DNA of 64,000 bases from Octopus sinensis (lineage: Eukaryota), in assembly GCF_006345805.1 (NCBI RefSeq), contig NC_042998.1, forward strand, positions 24,676,001 through 24,740,000. The letters are read 5' to 3'. Shown here piece after piece: positions 13,410 through 26,623 of the stretch; position 1 is the first letter of the stretch; each line of letters starts with the position of its first letter. The position numbers and the translations under genes were made by a program. The notes beneath the pieces are model-generated. The model saw nothing but the letters and a program-made list of their open reading frames with translations. It was not told the DNA's origin and searched no databases.

Positions 13410-13775
13410 GGTACAGGACATCACAAACCATAAACAACATAAACCTTTAGAGTGTGGGCCTCACGGAGGCATAATGACTGAACTCCCTTCGAGTGTTGGG
13501 GCTCATGCAGGCAATGACCGTGTCCTTTGGCATTATTTTGTGCTTGAGAAGAAGACCCATCAAGCTGAGCCAAATTGCAGTCATAACAGATATTGGTGAT
13601 ACACAAATGGCACGTAAAAGCACCCATTACACTCTTTGAATTGTTGGCGTTAGAAAGGGCATCCGGCTGTAGAAACCATTGGAGTCTGGTGCAGCCTTCC
13701 AGCATGCCAGCCTTGGTCAAACCATCCAACCCATGTCAGCAAGGACAACGGATGTTAAATGATGATGATGATGAG
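13410..13775 (+). mobile_element. RTE 3' UTR/tail fragment
   Basis: 'gcacccattacactc..gaaagggcatccggctgtagaaa..ccaacccatg..gttaaatgatgatgat'. Confidence 0.7.
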
Positions 13776-14762
13776 GATATATGTAAAGTAGTGTTTGAAT
13801 TACAAGCAGCTCTAATGAATGTAAACATTAACAAATGCACACACATAGTCTCTGTGTTTTGTTTTGCTGCGGGATAATGTAATAGATAACATATTGGGAA
13901 AGGTCCCTAGACAACACCAAATGTTAAAGAACATTGACTATCCCAGACAGGTGAGACAATTTGCCTGAGGTGGTCAAGAATGACAGATATTGATATTCCG
14001 CTATCATTATGGTTCTTCAATACCATTTAAGTGATTCACATTGAAACGAATTGAATCACTAGTCTGAGACATATATGCAAATAGTGTGAAATCTATTTGC
14101 TGATGTGGTGCGGCATAACACATGTGAAATATATATGTGCAGAGTCAAGAGATAAGATCAAGAAAATCGCAATGTAGAAATCACTTTCTAGTGCTCAAAT
14201 GATTTGAACTTACACTCAAATATCTTTACTGAGGATCAAGTCAGTAGGTTAAAAATTGACTATTGGGGGAATACAAGAGAGCACATATAGAAACAATGAT
14301 TCAAGTAAAGTGATAAAGACCTTGGATTTAAATATGCAAATATATATATATATATACATATATACATTTAAAAAGAGAAGCAAGTCTTAAAATTTTCAGA
14401 TGATTAACAATTAAGTATATATATATATATATATGTGTGTGTTTTAATAAAGCAAACTAACTCAAATTATATAGACTCAAAGAATTAGCAGGGGAGAACG
14501 CATTACAAGTCTGACAGCTGTATCTGAAGGGTTGGAGTTAATTCATAAAATTGGCAGATTTACAATATAAAAAAAATGTATATAATATTTATTCTTCATT
14601 GATAATTGTCTGAAAATTTTAAGTCCGCCTTCTGTTTTTACATGTACACACACACACACGCACACATATTGTACATTTAAACCAAAGGTCTTTATCTGTT
14701 TATGTGAATTATTGTCTCTCTCTCTCTTTATGTATATATGTAAACATACAAACATACGTACA

Positions 14763-14813
<51 letters not shown>

Positions 14814-16348
14814 TGTGTGTGTGTGTGTGCAAATTGTTAATGTTTTTAAAACTATAGTTTGATGTGAAAGGCATGAAGCTGTATTAAAATATATCAGCCT
14901 TTTTTCTGATTTTTGGGAGAGTTTTTTGGATCTTGTAATCAGGGTCAACATTACAGCCAAGAAATTAACTATGGCATTGATGGTTTCTTTTTTCATCCCC
15001 GAATTTTGTTCTGGACGTTTATCACATTTCTGAGAAACATAAACAGAATGTGGTAGTTTCTTTGGAGTGGTGCTAAACACGGAAACTCATAGTTGCAAGG
15101 CAAACCTCTTAGTTATACAGTCATACCTCCTGCACTTACATATATATATATGATTTAGGAAGTTAAATGTTATGGCTAGTCATAGTGATCACTTGTTCCA
15201 CACCTATAAAACAATTAGTAGTATAGGCATAGTGTCAGACTCAGTGGCCGAAAGCACATAACCTCTCTACAACTGGAGGATGAAATACATCAAAGTCAGT
15301 TACTTTTGTAAACAAAAAATATTTGTCTGTTCTACAGGCAGGATGAGGTCATCCCTTTACATTGGTTATAGCCATGGTAATATTTGAAGAAACAGTAGGC
15401 CTGTTCAACAAATGAGGAATTCCAAGTTTGTAGTGAGAAATGTTTTAGATGAGGGCATTGACTAAATATTTCTTTTCTGGAGTTTAAAAAGGTTCTTGGG
15501 TCGAGTGAACTTTTTAAGGATTCTTGCCTTCTCTACCAAGCAAAGTTTACCTTTCTTGTTCTTGCTTATAAGTCCAACTTTTGTGGATATTATTTATTCA
15601 CCTGTACATATGTTTCATTTCCTGATAGGAATCACAAGATATCACGTTATATAGAAATGTGTGGAATTTTCTATTAGCAAATGAAACATGTAATAGTCAA
15701 TAAATAATACCAAGAAATTTTTCATTTTATATATATATACATATAATTACACACGCCCCCCCCCCACACACACACATATAAAACTGAAAAATATAAGATA
15801 TCATCTAATCACTAATGTTAAAATGTATCAACCAAATTAGTTATAAATTTGGTACTTATTTACATGCATACCAATTCTGTAGGGTAGGAATAAACAAATG
15901 TATTTATATACTTACATAGTAATTCCTCAGGGATCACTTAGCTTGTCTTCTGTTACCCAAAGTTCCGAAAAATACGTTTTTTTATGAATAATGTAAGCAA
16001 ACGTATCATTAGTATAAATAAATTTACATAATTGTACAAGGCTGAGGGCCTGGATTAAATAACAAATACACCAACAAATAGACTCTCATCCATATATGTT
16101 CAGTTTTGCTGTGAAATTAGGCCCATGAGGGAATACTTGACAGCTTAAGAGAGGGGATCAGACTCTCTGTCTGGTTTCATTATTATTTATCAGTATTTGC
16201 TTCTCTCTCTCTCTCTCTTGCTCTCTCTCTCTTGCTCTCTCTCTCTCTTTCTCTTTCTCTCTCTCTCTCTCTCTCCCCAAATTTCTGATTATGGAGCCAC
16301 AGGATACTTATTAAAATGTAAACAAATCTTTTATTTTTATTTTTGTAG

Positions 16349-16376
16349 AACAAGCAGAACTAAAAGAACTCAATTT
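16349..16376 (+). CDS. Putative 28-nt microexon 2 (EQAELKELN-)
   Basis: Strong acceptor 'ttttatttttatttttgtag|' and donor '|gtgagt'. Phase 1-2 reading fits both neighbouring exons; a second frame is also open. Confidence 0.55.
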
Positions 16377-16619
16377 GTGAGTATGTATACTTCTTATTTT
16401 TCAATACACAAGCACACAGAAATTATGTAAGGGGAAAACAAAAAATAGGACATGAAAGGCAGAAGGAAGGATCTATAGAAATTGAAGACTGTAGCTTCTG
16501 GACACTTAGTAACTGTTAGCAAAGTATGTGACAGGCATTTCGTTTGCATAATGACACAAGGCTGACAATGATAATTACTTGAACACCAAGACTTTGTAGG
16601 TTAGGAATATATACAGAAA

Positions 16620-16672
16620 TCTATCTTCCTTTCTATCTATCTGTCTGTCTGTCTATCTATCTATTTATCTAT

Positions 16673-16731
<59 letters not shown>

Positions 16732-16775
16732 CCTATCTGTCTATCTGTCTATCTATTTATCTATCTATCTATCTA

Positions 16776-16807
<32 letters not shown>

Positions 16808-17411
16808 CCTACCTATCTCTCTATCTGTCTATCTATTTATCTATCTATCTGTCTGTGTGTTTGTCTGTCTAGTTATCTACCTATCCATCTATCTATCTGT
16901 CTGCCTGTCTGTCTATCCATCCATCCTTCCCAGAAATTGAAAACAGAGGGTTACCCACTTGCAAACAAATGAGGTAACATATAACAGTATTGACCGAGGT
17001 TACCATGGTCTTTTTCGTAGGCTTTTCTCCCCACAAATAAACCTCATCTGCTTCCCCCTTTACACCGTACATCATGACACTGTGATACACGATCCCTATT
17101 GATCGTTTTTTTCCTCTTTTTTCTTCTTTTTTCCTTTTTCTTTTCTTTTGTTTCTTTTCCTTTTTTTTCGTTCTTTTTTTTCTTTTTTCCCTTTTACAAT
17201 CCCTTTTGATCAAAAACCTACGCCACTTTTTTTGTTTCTTTTGTTTTTTGTTTTTTGTTTTTTTCATCTCCCAAAAGAAAAGCCCTACCTTGTAATTTGT
17301 CCCATCTGTGTGCAGCCCTGTGTGGCCAATAAAGAAACTTATCCATCCATCCATCTAGCTATCTGTCTCTCTGTCTGTCTGTCTATTTATCTACCTATCC
17401 ATCTATCTATC

Positions 17412-17467
<56 letters not shown>

Positions 17468-17545
17468 GTATTTGTGTGTGTATGCATACACATAGATAGA
17501 CAAACAAACAAGCAAACCAACAGATAGATAGATAGATAGATAGAA
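16620..17545. repeat. (TCTA)n tract interrupted by a retroelement-like 3' UTR (about 16927-17339, +)
   Basis: Unique insert ending in 'ccaataaagaaac', flanked on both sides by 'tatccatccatcc'. Confidence 0.55.
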
Positions 17546-18000
17546 TTATATATTTCACTCGTTTTAATATCTGCTTTTCCATGCAGGCATGAGTTGGATA
17601 ATGACTAATTTGAAATTGCTATTTACTGCTGCTTGTCTTTTGCATTGCCAACCCTCTCCTATTTTTACGTAAAAAACATTTTATTCCACTGGCTTTTGTA
17701 AGTAGAGGGTGATCAGTTTTAATGTTAGCATACATGCACACACAAATGCTGACATTATATGCACATACATATATGTGTGTGTGTGTGTGTGTGTAAGCAC
17801 ACATGTTTCATTAACTGTGTTCAATTTTGATCATTTTATCTTAGATATTTTTGAGACAATAAAGTCCTGAAATTCATATTCGACATTTCCAGACATTCAC
17901 AGTCGCCTTTTCAAGAATTTAAATTTGTTTGGTATCTGTGTTATTTTATATACTACTTGAACTCATGTACACTTTTCCACCAAAATACTTTTGACTATGG

Positions 18001-18375
18001 ACTGGAAGCACTCCGTTGGTTACGACGATGAGGGTTCCAGTTGATCTGAATCAACGGAACAGCCTGCTCTTGAAATTAACATGTAAGTGGCTGAGCACTC
18101 CACAGACACGTGCACTCTTAACGTAGTTCTCAGGGATATTCAGCGTGACAAGGCCGGCCCCTTGAAATACAGGTACAACAGAAACAGGAAGTAAGAGTGA
18201 GAGAAAGTTGTGGTGAAAGAGTACAGCAGGGATCACCACCATCCCCTGCCGGAGCCTGGTGCAGCTTTTGGGTGTTTTCGCTCAATAAACACTCACGACG
18301 CCCGGTCTGGGAATCGAAACCACGATCCTATGACTGCGAGTCCGCTGCTCTAACCACTGGGCCATTGCGCCTCCA
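18001..18375 (-). mobile_element. tRNA(Arg)-like SINE (third family) with TSD
   Basis: Minus-strand head 'ggaggcgcaatggcccagtggttagagcagcggactcgc..ggtttcgattccc'; 'acttttgactat' on both sides. Related copies at 22841 and 28550. Confidence 0.85.
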
Positions 18376-18626
18376 CTTTTGACTATAAATACTCTATGTC
18401 AGTAGTTATGTGTCAATTTATTTGTTTATATTTTGATGAACATGTTGTTTGCATATTTATTTTGGCATTGTGTTGCAACATGAGAATGGCTTTCTTAATA
18501 AATCTTGTGTTTTTCTGAAGAATTTTATAAAATATGCAAATATTTTTCTCTCACATGTTTCTATCTTTGCTCTGTGGTAAGTGGTATAGAGTTTTGAAAT
18601 TGCTCCTACTATTTTTATTATTATTA

Positions 18627-18669
<43 letters not shown>

Positions 18670-18672
<3 letters not shown>

Positions 18673-19012
18673 CATTGGCAATGGCCATGATCAGTGCCGG
18701 TGATAAGTAAGCGAACCATCCGATCGTGGCCGTTGCCAGCGCTGCCCCAACTAGCCTCCGTGCCAGTGGCACGTAAAAAGCACCATCTGTCCGTGGCCGT
18801 TTGCCAGCCCCGTCTGGCACCTGTGTGGGTGGCCCATAAAAAGCCCCCACTACACTCACGGAGTGGTTGGCGTTAGGAAGGGTATCCAGCTGTAGAAACA
18901 CTGCCAGATCAGACTGGGCCTGATGCAGCCTTCTGGCTGCCCAGACCCCGGTTGAACCGTCCAACCCATGCTAGCATGGAAAGCGGACGCTAAATGATGC
19001 TGATGATGATGA
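18670..19012 (+). mobile_element. RTE 3' tail fragment within a (TTA)n tract
   Basis: Conserved RTE 3' end with (GAT)n tail. Confidence 0.8.
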
Positions 19013-19120
19013 TTATTATTATTATTATTATTATTCAGGTCACTGCCTCGAATTGAACTCGGAATCTTGGGGTTAGTAGCCCACGCTCTTAACTACAGGT
19101 ATATGGCATAGTGGTTAAAG
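19013..19120 (-). mobile_element. Head of the tRNA-like/(AAT)n/hammerhead element with a short 5' inversion
   Basis: Matches 23760-23840 and 55962-56030; followed by the inverted head 'tatggcatagtggttaa'. Confidence 0.7.
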
Positions 19121-19857
19121 TGTTTCACTGGTATCTCAAATGCAACAGTGGTGTTCTGGAGTTTATAACTTCCAATTTTACCCCAAGCTTTTCATAAATA
19201 GTTTGTTGCTGGGTTTACTTGTTTGTGGTATGTTATTGTAAGAAGAATTCTGGTTTTGGTGTTTTTGTAGCATAGTATTATTTCAGGTTTATGATCAGAC
19301 CTGATGCATTTTGTATTCTGCTCAATGAGGTCTCATCTATTCAGTAATTTTTATACATTTCTTCATATAATTAATTTTATGTGAAAACTGTATTTTATTG
19401 GGTGCATCCTTTGATGTATTTCTGCCTGTATTCTTCTATAGTTCTTCTATAATGGTCTGCTGGAATATCTCGTTAATTAATATTTGTTGTGAAGGTGACA
19501 AACTGGCAGAAGCATCTCTACACCTGGCAAAATGCTTTGCAGCCCTATGTCTATCTTCACGTTCTAAGTTCAAATTCTACCAAGGTCTGCTTTGTCATTC
19601 AACTTTTTGGTGTTGATAAAATAAGTACCAGTTGAGTACTTGGTCGATTTAATTAACTTACCCCCTGCCCGAAATTGCTGGCCTTGTGCCAAAATTTGAA
19701 ATCAATATTTGTTGTATTCCTTAGACTTCTTTGTTGAGTGCTTTGCTTGTGAATGAGAAACTAAATGTAAGGAGTGGTTCTGTAGTTTTGTAGACATCCA
19801 TTGTCTTCAAGATCGATGGGTGTGTTTGGTTCTTTGCTGCATGCCAAAGTAACGTAT

Positions 19858-20265
19858 TACTCTTTTACTTGTTTCAGTCATTTGACTGTGGCCATGCTGG
19901 AGCAATGCCTTTGGTTGAGCAAATCAACCCCAGGACTTATTCTATTGAAGCCTACTACTTATTCTATCAGTCTCTTTTGCTGAACCGCTAAGTTACGGGG
20001 ATGTAAACACACCAGCATCAAGTGACATTGGGGGACAAACAAAGACACACAAACATATACACACACACATATATATATACATATGTATATATACATATAT
20101 AAACGGGCTTCTTTCAGTTTCCGTCTACCAAATCCACTCACAAAGCTTTGGTCAACCCGAGGCTACAGTAGAAGACACTTGCCCAAGGTGCCACGTAGTG
20201 GGAATGAACCTGGAACCATGTGGTTGGTAAGCAAGCTACTTACCACACAGCCACTCCTGCACCTA
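19858..20265 (-). mobile_element. CORE-type SINE
   Basis: Reverse copy of the 2340 family. Confidence 0.85.
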
Positions 20266-20799
20266 TTCTTTATTTTTATCGTTTATTTTTTTACTTGTTT
20301 CGGTCATTAGACTATGGCCATCCTGGGGTACCACCTCGAAGAATTGTTTACTTGAATGACTCAACTTCTTTTTTTGCCAAACCACTAAATTCAGGGGTGA
20401 AAACTCACCAGCACAAAGCAATGATTGAGAACAAGCACAGACACAAAGACACACACACACATGTATGCACACACATATATACACAAATATGAGAATCTTC
20501 ATTTAGTGTTTCACAAAGCTTTGCTCAGCCCCAGTCTATAGCCCATGCAGTGGGAGTGAACGCAGGACCATGTGGTTGGGAAACAGGCTCCTTACCACAC
20601 AGCCACGCCTGCACCTATGAAAATCTAAATCTAAGGATTGCTTTTATTTTTAAGTTAATGCGTTACCGTTGTGTAGGGGTTCACTGTCTCCATGTAGGTA
20701 TACACACTTGTTTGATTCTTTGCTGTACACCAATCTATGCTCTATTTTTGTTGTGTATATATTTCTATCTAAAACCAGATCCATTTTTATTAAAATAAA

Positions 20800-21280
20800 T
20801 ATCAAATGGAAATTGTAGTTGTGATACCTGTGCTGGTGGCACATAAAAATCACCATCCGAACTTGGCCAATGCCAGCATCACTTTGACTGGCTTCTGTGC
20901 CGGTGACACATAAAAAGCACCAACCAATTGTGTCCACTGCCAGCCTCCCCTGGCACCTGTGCCAGTGGTACGTGAAAAGCACTATCCGTACATGGCGAAT
21001 GCCAGCACCGCCTTGACTGGCTTCTGTGCCGGTGGCACATAAAAAGCACCAACCAATCATGGCCACTGCCAGCCTCCCTGGCACCTGTGCTGGTGACACA
21101 TAAAAAGCACCCACTACACTCACAGAGTGGTTGGCATTAGGAAGGGCATCCATCTGTAGAAACACTGCCAGATCAGACTGGAGCCTGGTGCAGCCTCCTG
21201 GCTTCCCAGACCCCGGTCGAACTGTCCAACCCATGCTAGCATGGAAAACGGACGTTAAACGATGATGATGATTATGATGA
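20800..21280 (+). mobile_element. RTE 3' UTR/tail fragment with internal tandem repeats
   Basis: Repeated 'gtggcacataaaaagcacc' units followed by the conserved tail and (GAT)n. Confidence 0.8.
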
Positions 21281-22182
21281 ATGTTAAATTTCAGTTCCGA
21301 GTTGTTAAGTCTTCTTTTTGTTCCTCTTCAGTATCCTTTAATGTTTCCATTATCACTAGAATATCATCTATGTATCTAATGTATATTATGTGTTTATCTT
21401 TTGTTATTATTCCATTTTCTATTGTAGATAATGAGAAAGCTGCAAATGTATGTCCTAAGGGAGAACCCATAGCTACTCCTTCTTTTTATATAAATTATCC
21501 TGTGGGCAGTAAAAAGGTAACTCAACTGCACATGACACGAGTAACATTTTTAATAGGTTTGCAGGTGTCATGAATAGCTTTATTTTGGGGTGTTTATATA
21601 CAGTCTCAATTCTGATTCCTATTATTTCTGCCTCTGGGGTTTTAGCAAACAAACTTTCTACATCTAAGGAGAAGTTGTTATCTATTATGTTGATTTCTTT
21701 CAAACTCTGTAAAAATTCTTCAGAGACACTATACTATATTTCTCTGGAGTCTACTTTTTGATTACGCTGTCTATTTGTTTGGTAATTGAATGTGTAAATG
21801 TATATATTTGGGATGTTATAGGTCAGAAGGGGTTCTTTTGTTTGTGCCATTTATATATGTGCTGGGAAAAATTCTCTGTCAATGTATGGAAAGTAAGGCG
21901 ATCCTATTTGTGCATTTATCTTTGTAATTAATCTAATTTTATTTTTAGTTGTTTTATCTTTCTTGATCTTTGTGATTTTGTCATTGTCTCTGAGAAAATT
22001 ACCAATTTTTGTAATATATTCTTCTCTATCCATGATTACAAGCATATTACTTTTGTCAGTACTTACAAATTTTTATGCTGCCATTATCTTTAAAGTTGTG
22101 CAGTGCTTTTAAAAAAGATTTTATTCAATATTTCTTTGTTACCTTTTATAACATTTGGTGCATAGTAGGTTTTCAAAAGAGA

Positions 22183-22597
22183 AGGCGGCGAGCTGGCAGA
22201 ATCGTTAGCATGCCAGGCGAAATGCTCAGTGGTATTTTATCTGCCGTTACATTCTGAGTTCAAATCCCGCTGAGGTCAACTTTGCCTTTCATCCTTTCAG
22301 GGTCGATTAAATAGGTACCAGTTATGCACTGGGGTCGATATAATCAACTTAATCTGTTTGTCCTTGTTTGTCCTCTCTGTGTTTAGCCCCTTATCGGTAG
22401 TAAAGAAATAGGTATTTCGTCTGCCGCTACATTCTGAGTTCAAATTCCGCCGAGGTTGAATTTGCCTTTCATTCTTCCGGGGTCGATTAAATAAGTACCA
22501 GTTACGCACTGGGGTCAATATAATTGACGTAATCCATTTGTCTGTCCTTGTTTGTCCTCTCTGTGTTTAGCCCCTTGTAGGCAGTAAAGAAATAGGT
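22183..22597 (+). mobile_element. Meta-domain SINE dimer
   Basis: Head 'ggcggcgagctggcagaatcgttagc' with the core-tail unit repeated. Confidence 0.85.
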
Positions 22598-22840
22598 TTT
22601 CAAAAGAGATTGTGAATGACGGTAAACATCAGATATGAATTTGGGAATATTGTTGTTCCAAATTAGATGTGAAAATAAAACTAAAAACATTTGAAAAATC
22701 TGAAATAAATGCGATGAAACTCAAACACAGTCATGGTGGATGCAGTGACACTTTGTTACAGTGCACCTCCCTCTTCTTCATACAATTACACTTACTTGTG
22801 CAGTAAGAATAAATCTCACATTATCAGGAGACTAAAATTG

Positions 22841-23135
22841 TGGAGGTACATGGCCTAGTGGTTAGAGCAGCGGACTCGCGGTCGAGGGATCGTGGGTTCG
22901 AATCTCAGACCGGGTGATGTGTGTGTTTATGAGCGAAACACCTAAGCTCCACGCAGCTCTGGCAGAAGGTAATGGTGAACTTCTGCTGACTCTTTCACCA
23001 CAACTTTCTCTTACTCTTTCCTCTTGCAGCTCACCTGTGACGAACCGGCGTCCCGTCCAGGTGGGGAACCTATACGCCAAGGAAACCGGGAAACCGGGCC
23101 TTATGAGCCAGGCATGGCTCGAGAAGGAACAAACA
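22841..23135 (+). mobile_element. tRNA(Arg)-like SINE with a different 3' tail
   Basis: 'tggcctagtggttagagcagcggactcgcgg..gggttcgaatctc'; imperfect TSD aggagac(t)aaaatt. Confidence 0.8.
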
Positions 23136-23490
23136 AGGAGACAAAATTTAGATTATTTCTATGCATTTCATTTTGTTGTAAATTAAAACCATGAAGGTAT
23201 TTTTAGAAGCTTGGAATGTCATGCAATGGCCATCGGAGTTCACTCACCAGATGAATATCATTTAAGTGTGTCAGCATTTATATTTACATAAGATAATTTA
23301 ACCTAGCAAAATCAGTTCTCACCTTATGAGTGCAAATCTATTGTAAAGGTACACATTTCTTATGTATCTTCATTTATCTAACTGCTAAAATTAGACATCT
23401 TATATTCAGCATATTTTACTTGTGATAAATTTGTCTCCAGAGAAGGAAAATGATTATCGTTTATCAACTTAATACACTGAATCCAAATAA

Positions 23491-23705
23491 TACAGTTCTA
23501 TATTTAAGAGATGAGGAATTATGTACATTATTCATGTTATCAACATTATTTACATTTGACAGATATTTGTCTTCATCTTGTTTGTTGTTAACACGTTTCC
23601 AGCCTTCATCAGGTGTCTTAAGAAAATTTCGAACCTGGGTTCTCATTCCTAAGGTAGTTTTCGTTCTTCTTCTTCTTCTTTTTCTACTTCCTCTTCTTCT
23701 TCTTC

Positions 23706-23771
<66 letters not shown>

Positions 23772-23842
23772 TCACTGCCTGGAATCGAACTCAGAATCTT
23801 TGGGTTAGTAGCCCACTGTCTTAACCACTACAGCATATGCCT
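23491..23842 (-). mobile_element. tRNA-like head/(AAT)n/hammerhead/tail element, minus copy of a head-to-head pair
   Basis: Minus strand reads head, (AAT/AAG)n, 'gacacctgatgaaggctg-gaaacgtgtt' and tail 'ttcctcatctcttaaatatagaactgta'. Confidence 0.8.
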
Positions 23843-23899
23843 GTGGTTAAGTGCATGGGCTACTAGCCCCAAGATTCCAAGTTCAATTCCAGGCAGTGA

Positions 23900-23998
<99 letters not shown>

Positions 23999-24006
23999 AA
24001 TAATAA

Positions 24007-26476
24007 CGAACAGCCAAAAAAAAGGAGTATCAAAATAACAAACTCGGCATCTGAACAACTTTGGACCCCCATAACAACTGAAGAGGTCACCCAGGCACTG
24101 CAAAAACTAAGCAACTGGAAGGCACCTGGGCATGACAAGATCCCCAACTTCTGGTTGAAATATCTAACAGGAATGCACAAAAAGCTGGCTGAAAACTTTA
24201 ACAACATACTAGCAGAGCCAGAGACAATGCCTGAATGGCTCACGAAGGGGAAAACCATCTTAATTCCCAAATCAAATGAAACAGCAAAACCAGAAAACTA
24301 CAGACCAATAACCTGCCTCCCTACTATGTTCAAGGCATTTACTGCAGTGATATCACAAAGGCTGAACAAGCACCTGGACGAAAACAAACTGTTCCTAGAA
24401 GAGCAGAAAGGGTGCCGCAAAGGCTCATATGGCTGTAAAGATCAACTAATGATTAATAAAGCCATAACTGAAGACAGCCACAGAAAGAAGAAAGGCCTCA
24501 GTATGGCCTGGATTGACTACAAAAAGGCGTTTGATAGCATCCCCCACACATGGATCCTCGAAACACTAGCCATTAACAAAGTAGCACCAACAATCATAAA
24601 ATTCATAGAGCACTCTATGAATAAATGGCAAACAGTCCTACACCTCCAAACAAAAGAGGGACTCATGAAAACCAAAGACATCCCCATTAGAAGAGGAATA
24701 TTCCAGGGAGACACGCTCTCTCCACTCCTTTTCTGCTTGGCATTGTCACCTCTATCTGATATGCTAAATAGAACTGGATGCAGATATAAATGTTACGGCA
24801 AAACGATCAGCCACCTTTTATATGGATGACCTAAAACTATACGCTGCAAATGACAAACAGCTGGAAACACTATTAAAGACAGTTCATGGATTTACCAAAG
24901 AAATAGATATGAAATTTGGATTAGAAAAATGCGCCAAAGTAACCTGAAAAGAGGAAAACTAGTTAAGAGTAACAACATCACACTAGATAAAACCAATGAA
25001 ATAAAAGAATTAGACCAAAGCCAAACTTACAATACTTAGGAATCCATGAACTAGATAAGACACAACACACACAAATGAAAGAGAAAATAAAAAAAGAATA
25101 TTATAGACGAGTTAGATCAATACTAAAAACAGAGCTCAATGCTAAAAACAAGATAATAGGTATCAACACTTTAGCTGTCCCAGTTATAAGTTACAGCTAC
25201 AATATCCTTAACTGGACACGAAATGAACTGTCCAAAATAGATAGGAAAACAAGAAAAATAATGACAGGATCTAGGATGCATCACCCAAAAAAATGACATA
25301 GAAAGACTATATATACAACGTATAGAAGGTGGTAGAGGCCTTATACAGCTGGAAAACTACTATAAAATAACCACCATAGGACTGCAAAAATATCTACTTC
25401 AGAAGGAAGGAAAACTGATCTAGATAGCGGCAAAACACAAGCAAAACAAAAAACTGTTCTCAGTATTTAAGGAAGCTGACAAATACAAACAAGAAATCAT
25501 ACCACCTAATAAACATGAAGAAGAAGAAGAAGATGAAGAAACAACAAAAGCTATAAAAACAAATGAAATCCAAACTAAAAATAGAACAGCAACGAACCAT
25601 GATAAAACGATGGCAAGAAAAGCCCCTTCATGGTAAATACTGGACTAAACTAAACGCAAAAGAAATAGACAAAGAAAAATCCCAGCAATGGTTGAGAAGC
25701 TCAGGACTCAAAGCAGAAACAGAGGGATTTTTAATTGCAGCACAAAACCAAAGCCTCCCCACCAGAAATTACCAAAAACATGTAATGAAAAGAAATATAA
25801 CAAGTAACTGCAGAATATGTGGAGATGGACAAGAAACAATAAATCATATTATCTCTAGCTGCCCAGTCCTGGCTAAGAAGGAATACATTCACAGACATGA
25901 CAGAGTTGGAACCTACATACATTGGAAGCTATGCCAACATTATGGAATAACAACAGAAAAAAGATGGTATAGGCACACACCAGAAAAGGTCACAGAAAAC
26001 GAGAAAGCAACCATACTCTGGGATATGCTAATACACGCAGATGGAGAAATTAAGGCCAACAGACCAGATATAGTTGTCAGAGATCATGAAGAAAAAAAAT
26101 GCTTTCTGATTGATGTATCAATACCGGCAGATGACAACGTGTCTCTAAAAGAAATGGAGAAACTCTCAAAATACAAAGACCTGGAAATAGAGGTAACTAG
26201 AATGTGGAATCTGAAAACAGAAACAATTCCTATCATAGTAGGTGCATTAGGCATGATAAAAAAATATTCAGACAAATACATAACAAAAACACCAGGACTT
26301 ACAAACACATATAACATACAGAAAATTGCACTACAAGGCACTGCACACATCCTATGCAGAACACTTTCCATACAATAACCATCAGAGCATCACAACAAAT
26401 CACAGCACATACCCAAGGCACACAGAGCTGTGCTCGGTAGTGAAGTGAAAGCACGCTATAAAAATAAAACTACTGA
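24007..26476 (+). mobile_element. 5'-truncated Dong/R4-like non-LTR retrotransposon (RT, CCHC, restriction-like endonuclease), frameshifted
   Basis: Motifs YRPITCL, EQKG, WIDYKKAFDS, RGIFQGDTLSPLLF, HLLY/MDDLK, CRICGDGQETINHIISSC, RHD and RPDIV..LIDVSIP..EKLSKY (PD-(D/E)XK). Flanked by (TAA)n on both sides, the known Dong target type. Confidence 0.9.
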
Positions 26477-26580
26477 ATAATAATAGTAATAATAATAATA
26501 ATAATAATAATGATAATAATAATAATAACAACATACAAAAATACCTTATGAATGAGAAACCAGGTTCGAAATTTCCCCGA

Positions 26581-26623
26581 GACACCTGATGAAAGCTGGA
26601 GGGTATATCAGCTGAAACGTGTT
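26581..26623 (+). ncRNA. Minimal type-I hammerhead-like motif (stem III/cleavage site shortened)
   Basis: gacac-CTGATGA-a-agctg-[10 nt]-cagct-GAAA-c-gtgtt. Confidence 0.6.

Larger units (their letters stand above)
19125..22170 (-). pseudogene. Decayed Penelope-like retroelement RT ORF, interrupted by SINEs and an RTE tail
   Basis: Minus-strand motifs in the correct order: DKSNMLVIMDREEYITK, SLDVESLF, GVAMGSPLG and IRYIDDILV, which are PLE RT signatures. Many stops and frameshifts. Confidence 0.8.

Noticed and set aside
23140-23470. Possible GIY-YIG C-terminal remnant (VFLEAWN)
   Set aside because: Only one short motif with no extendable frame; too decayed to call.
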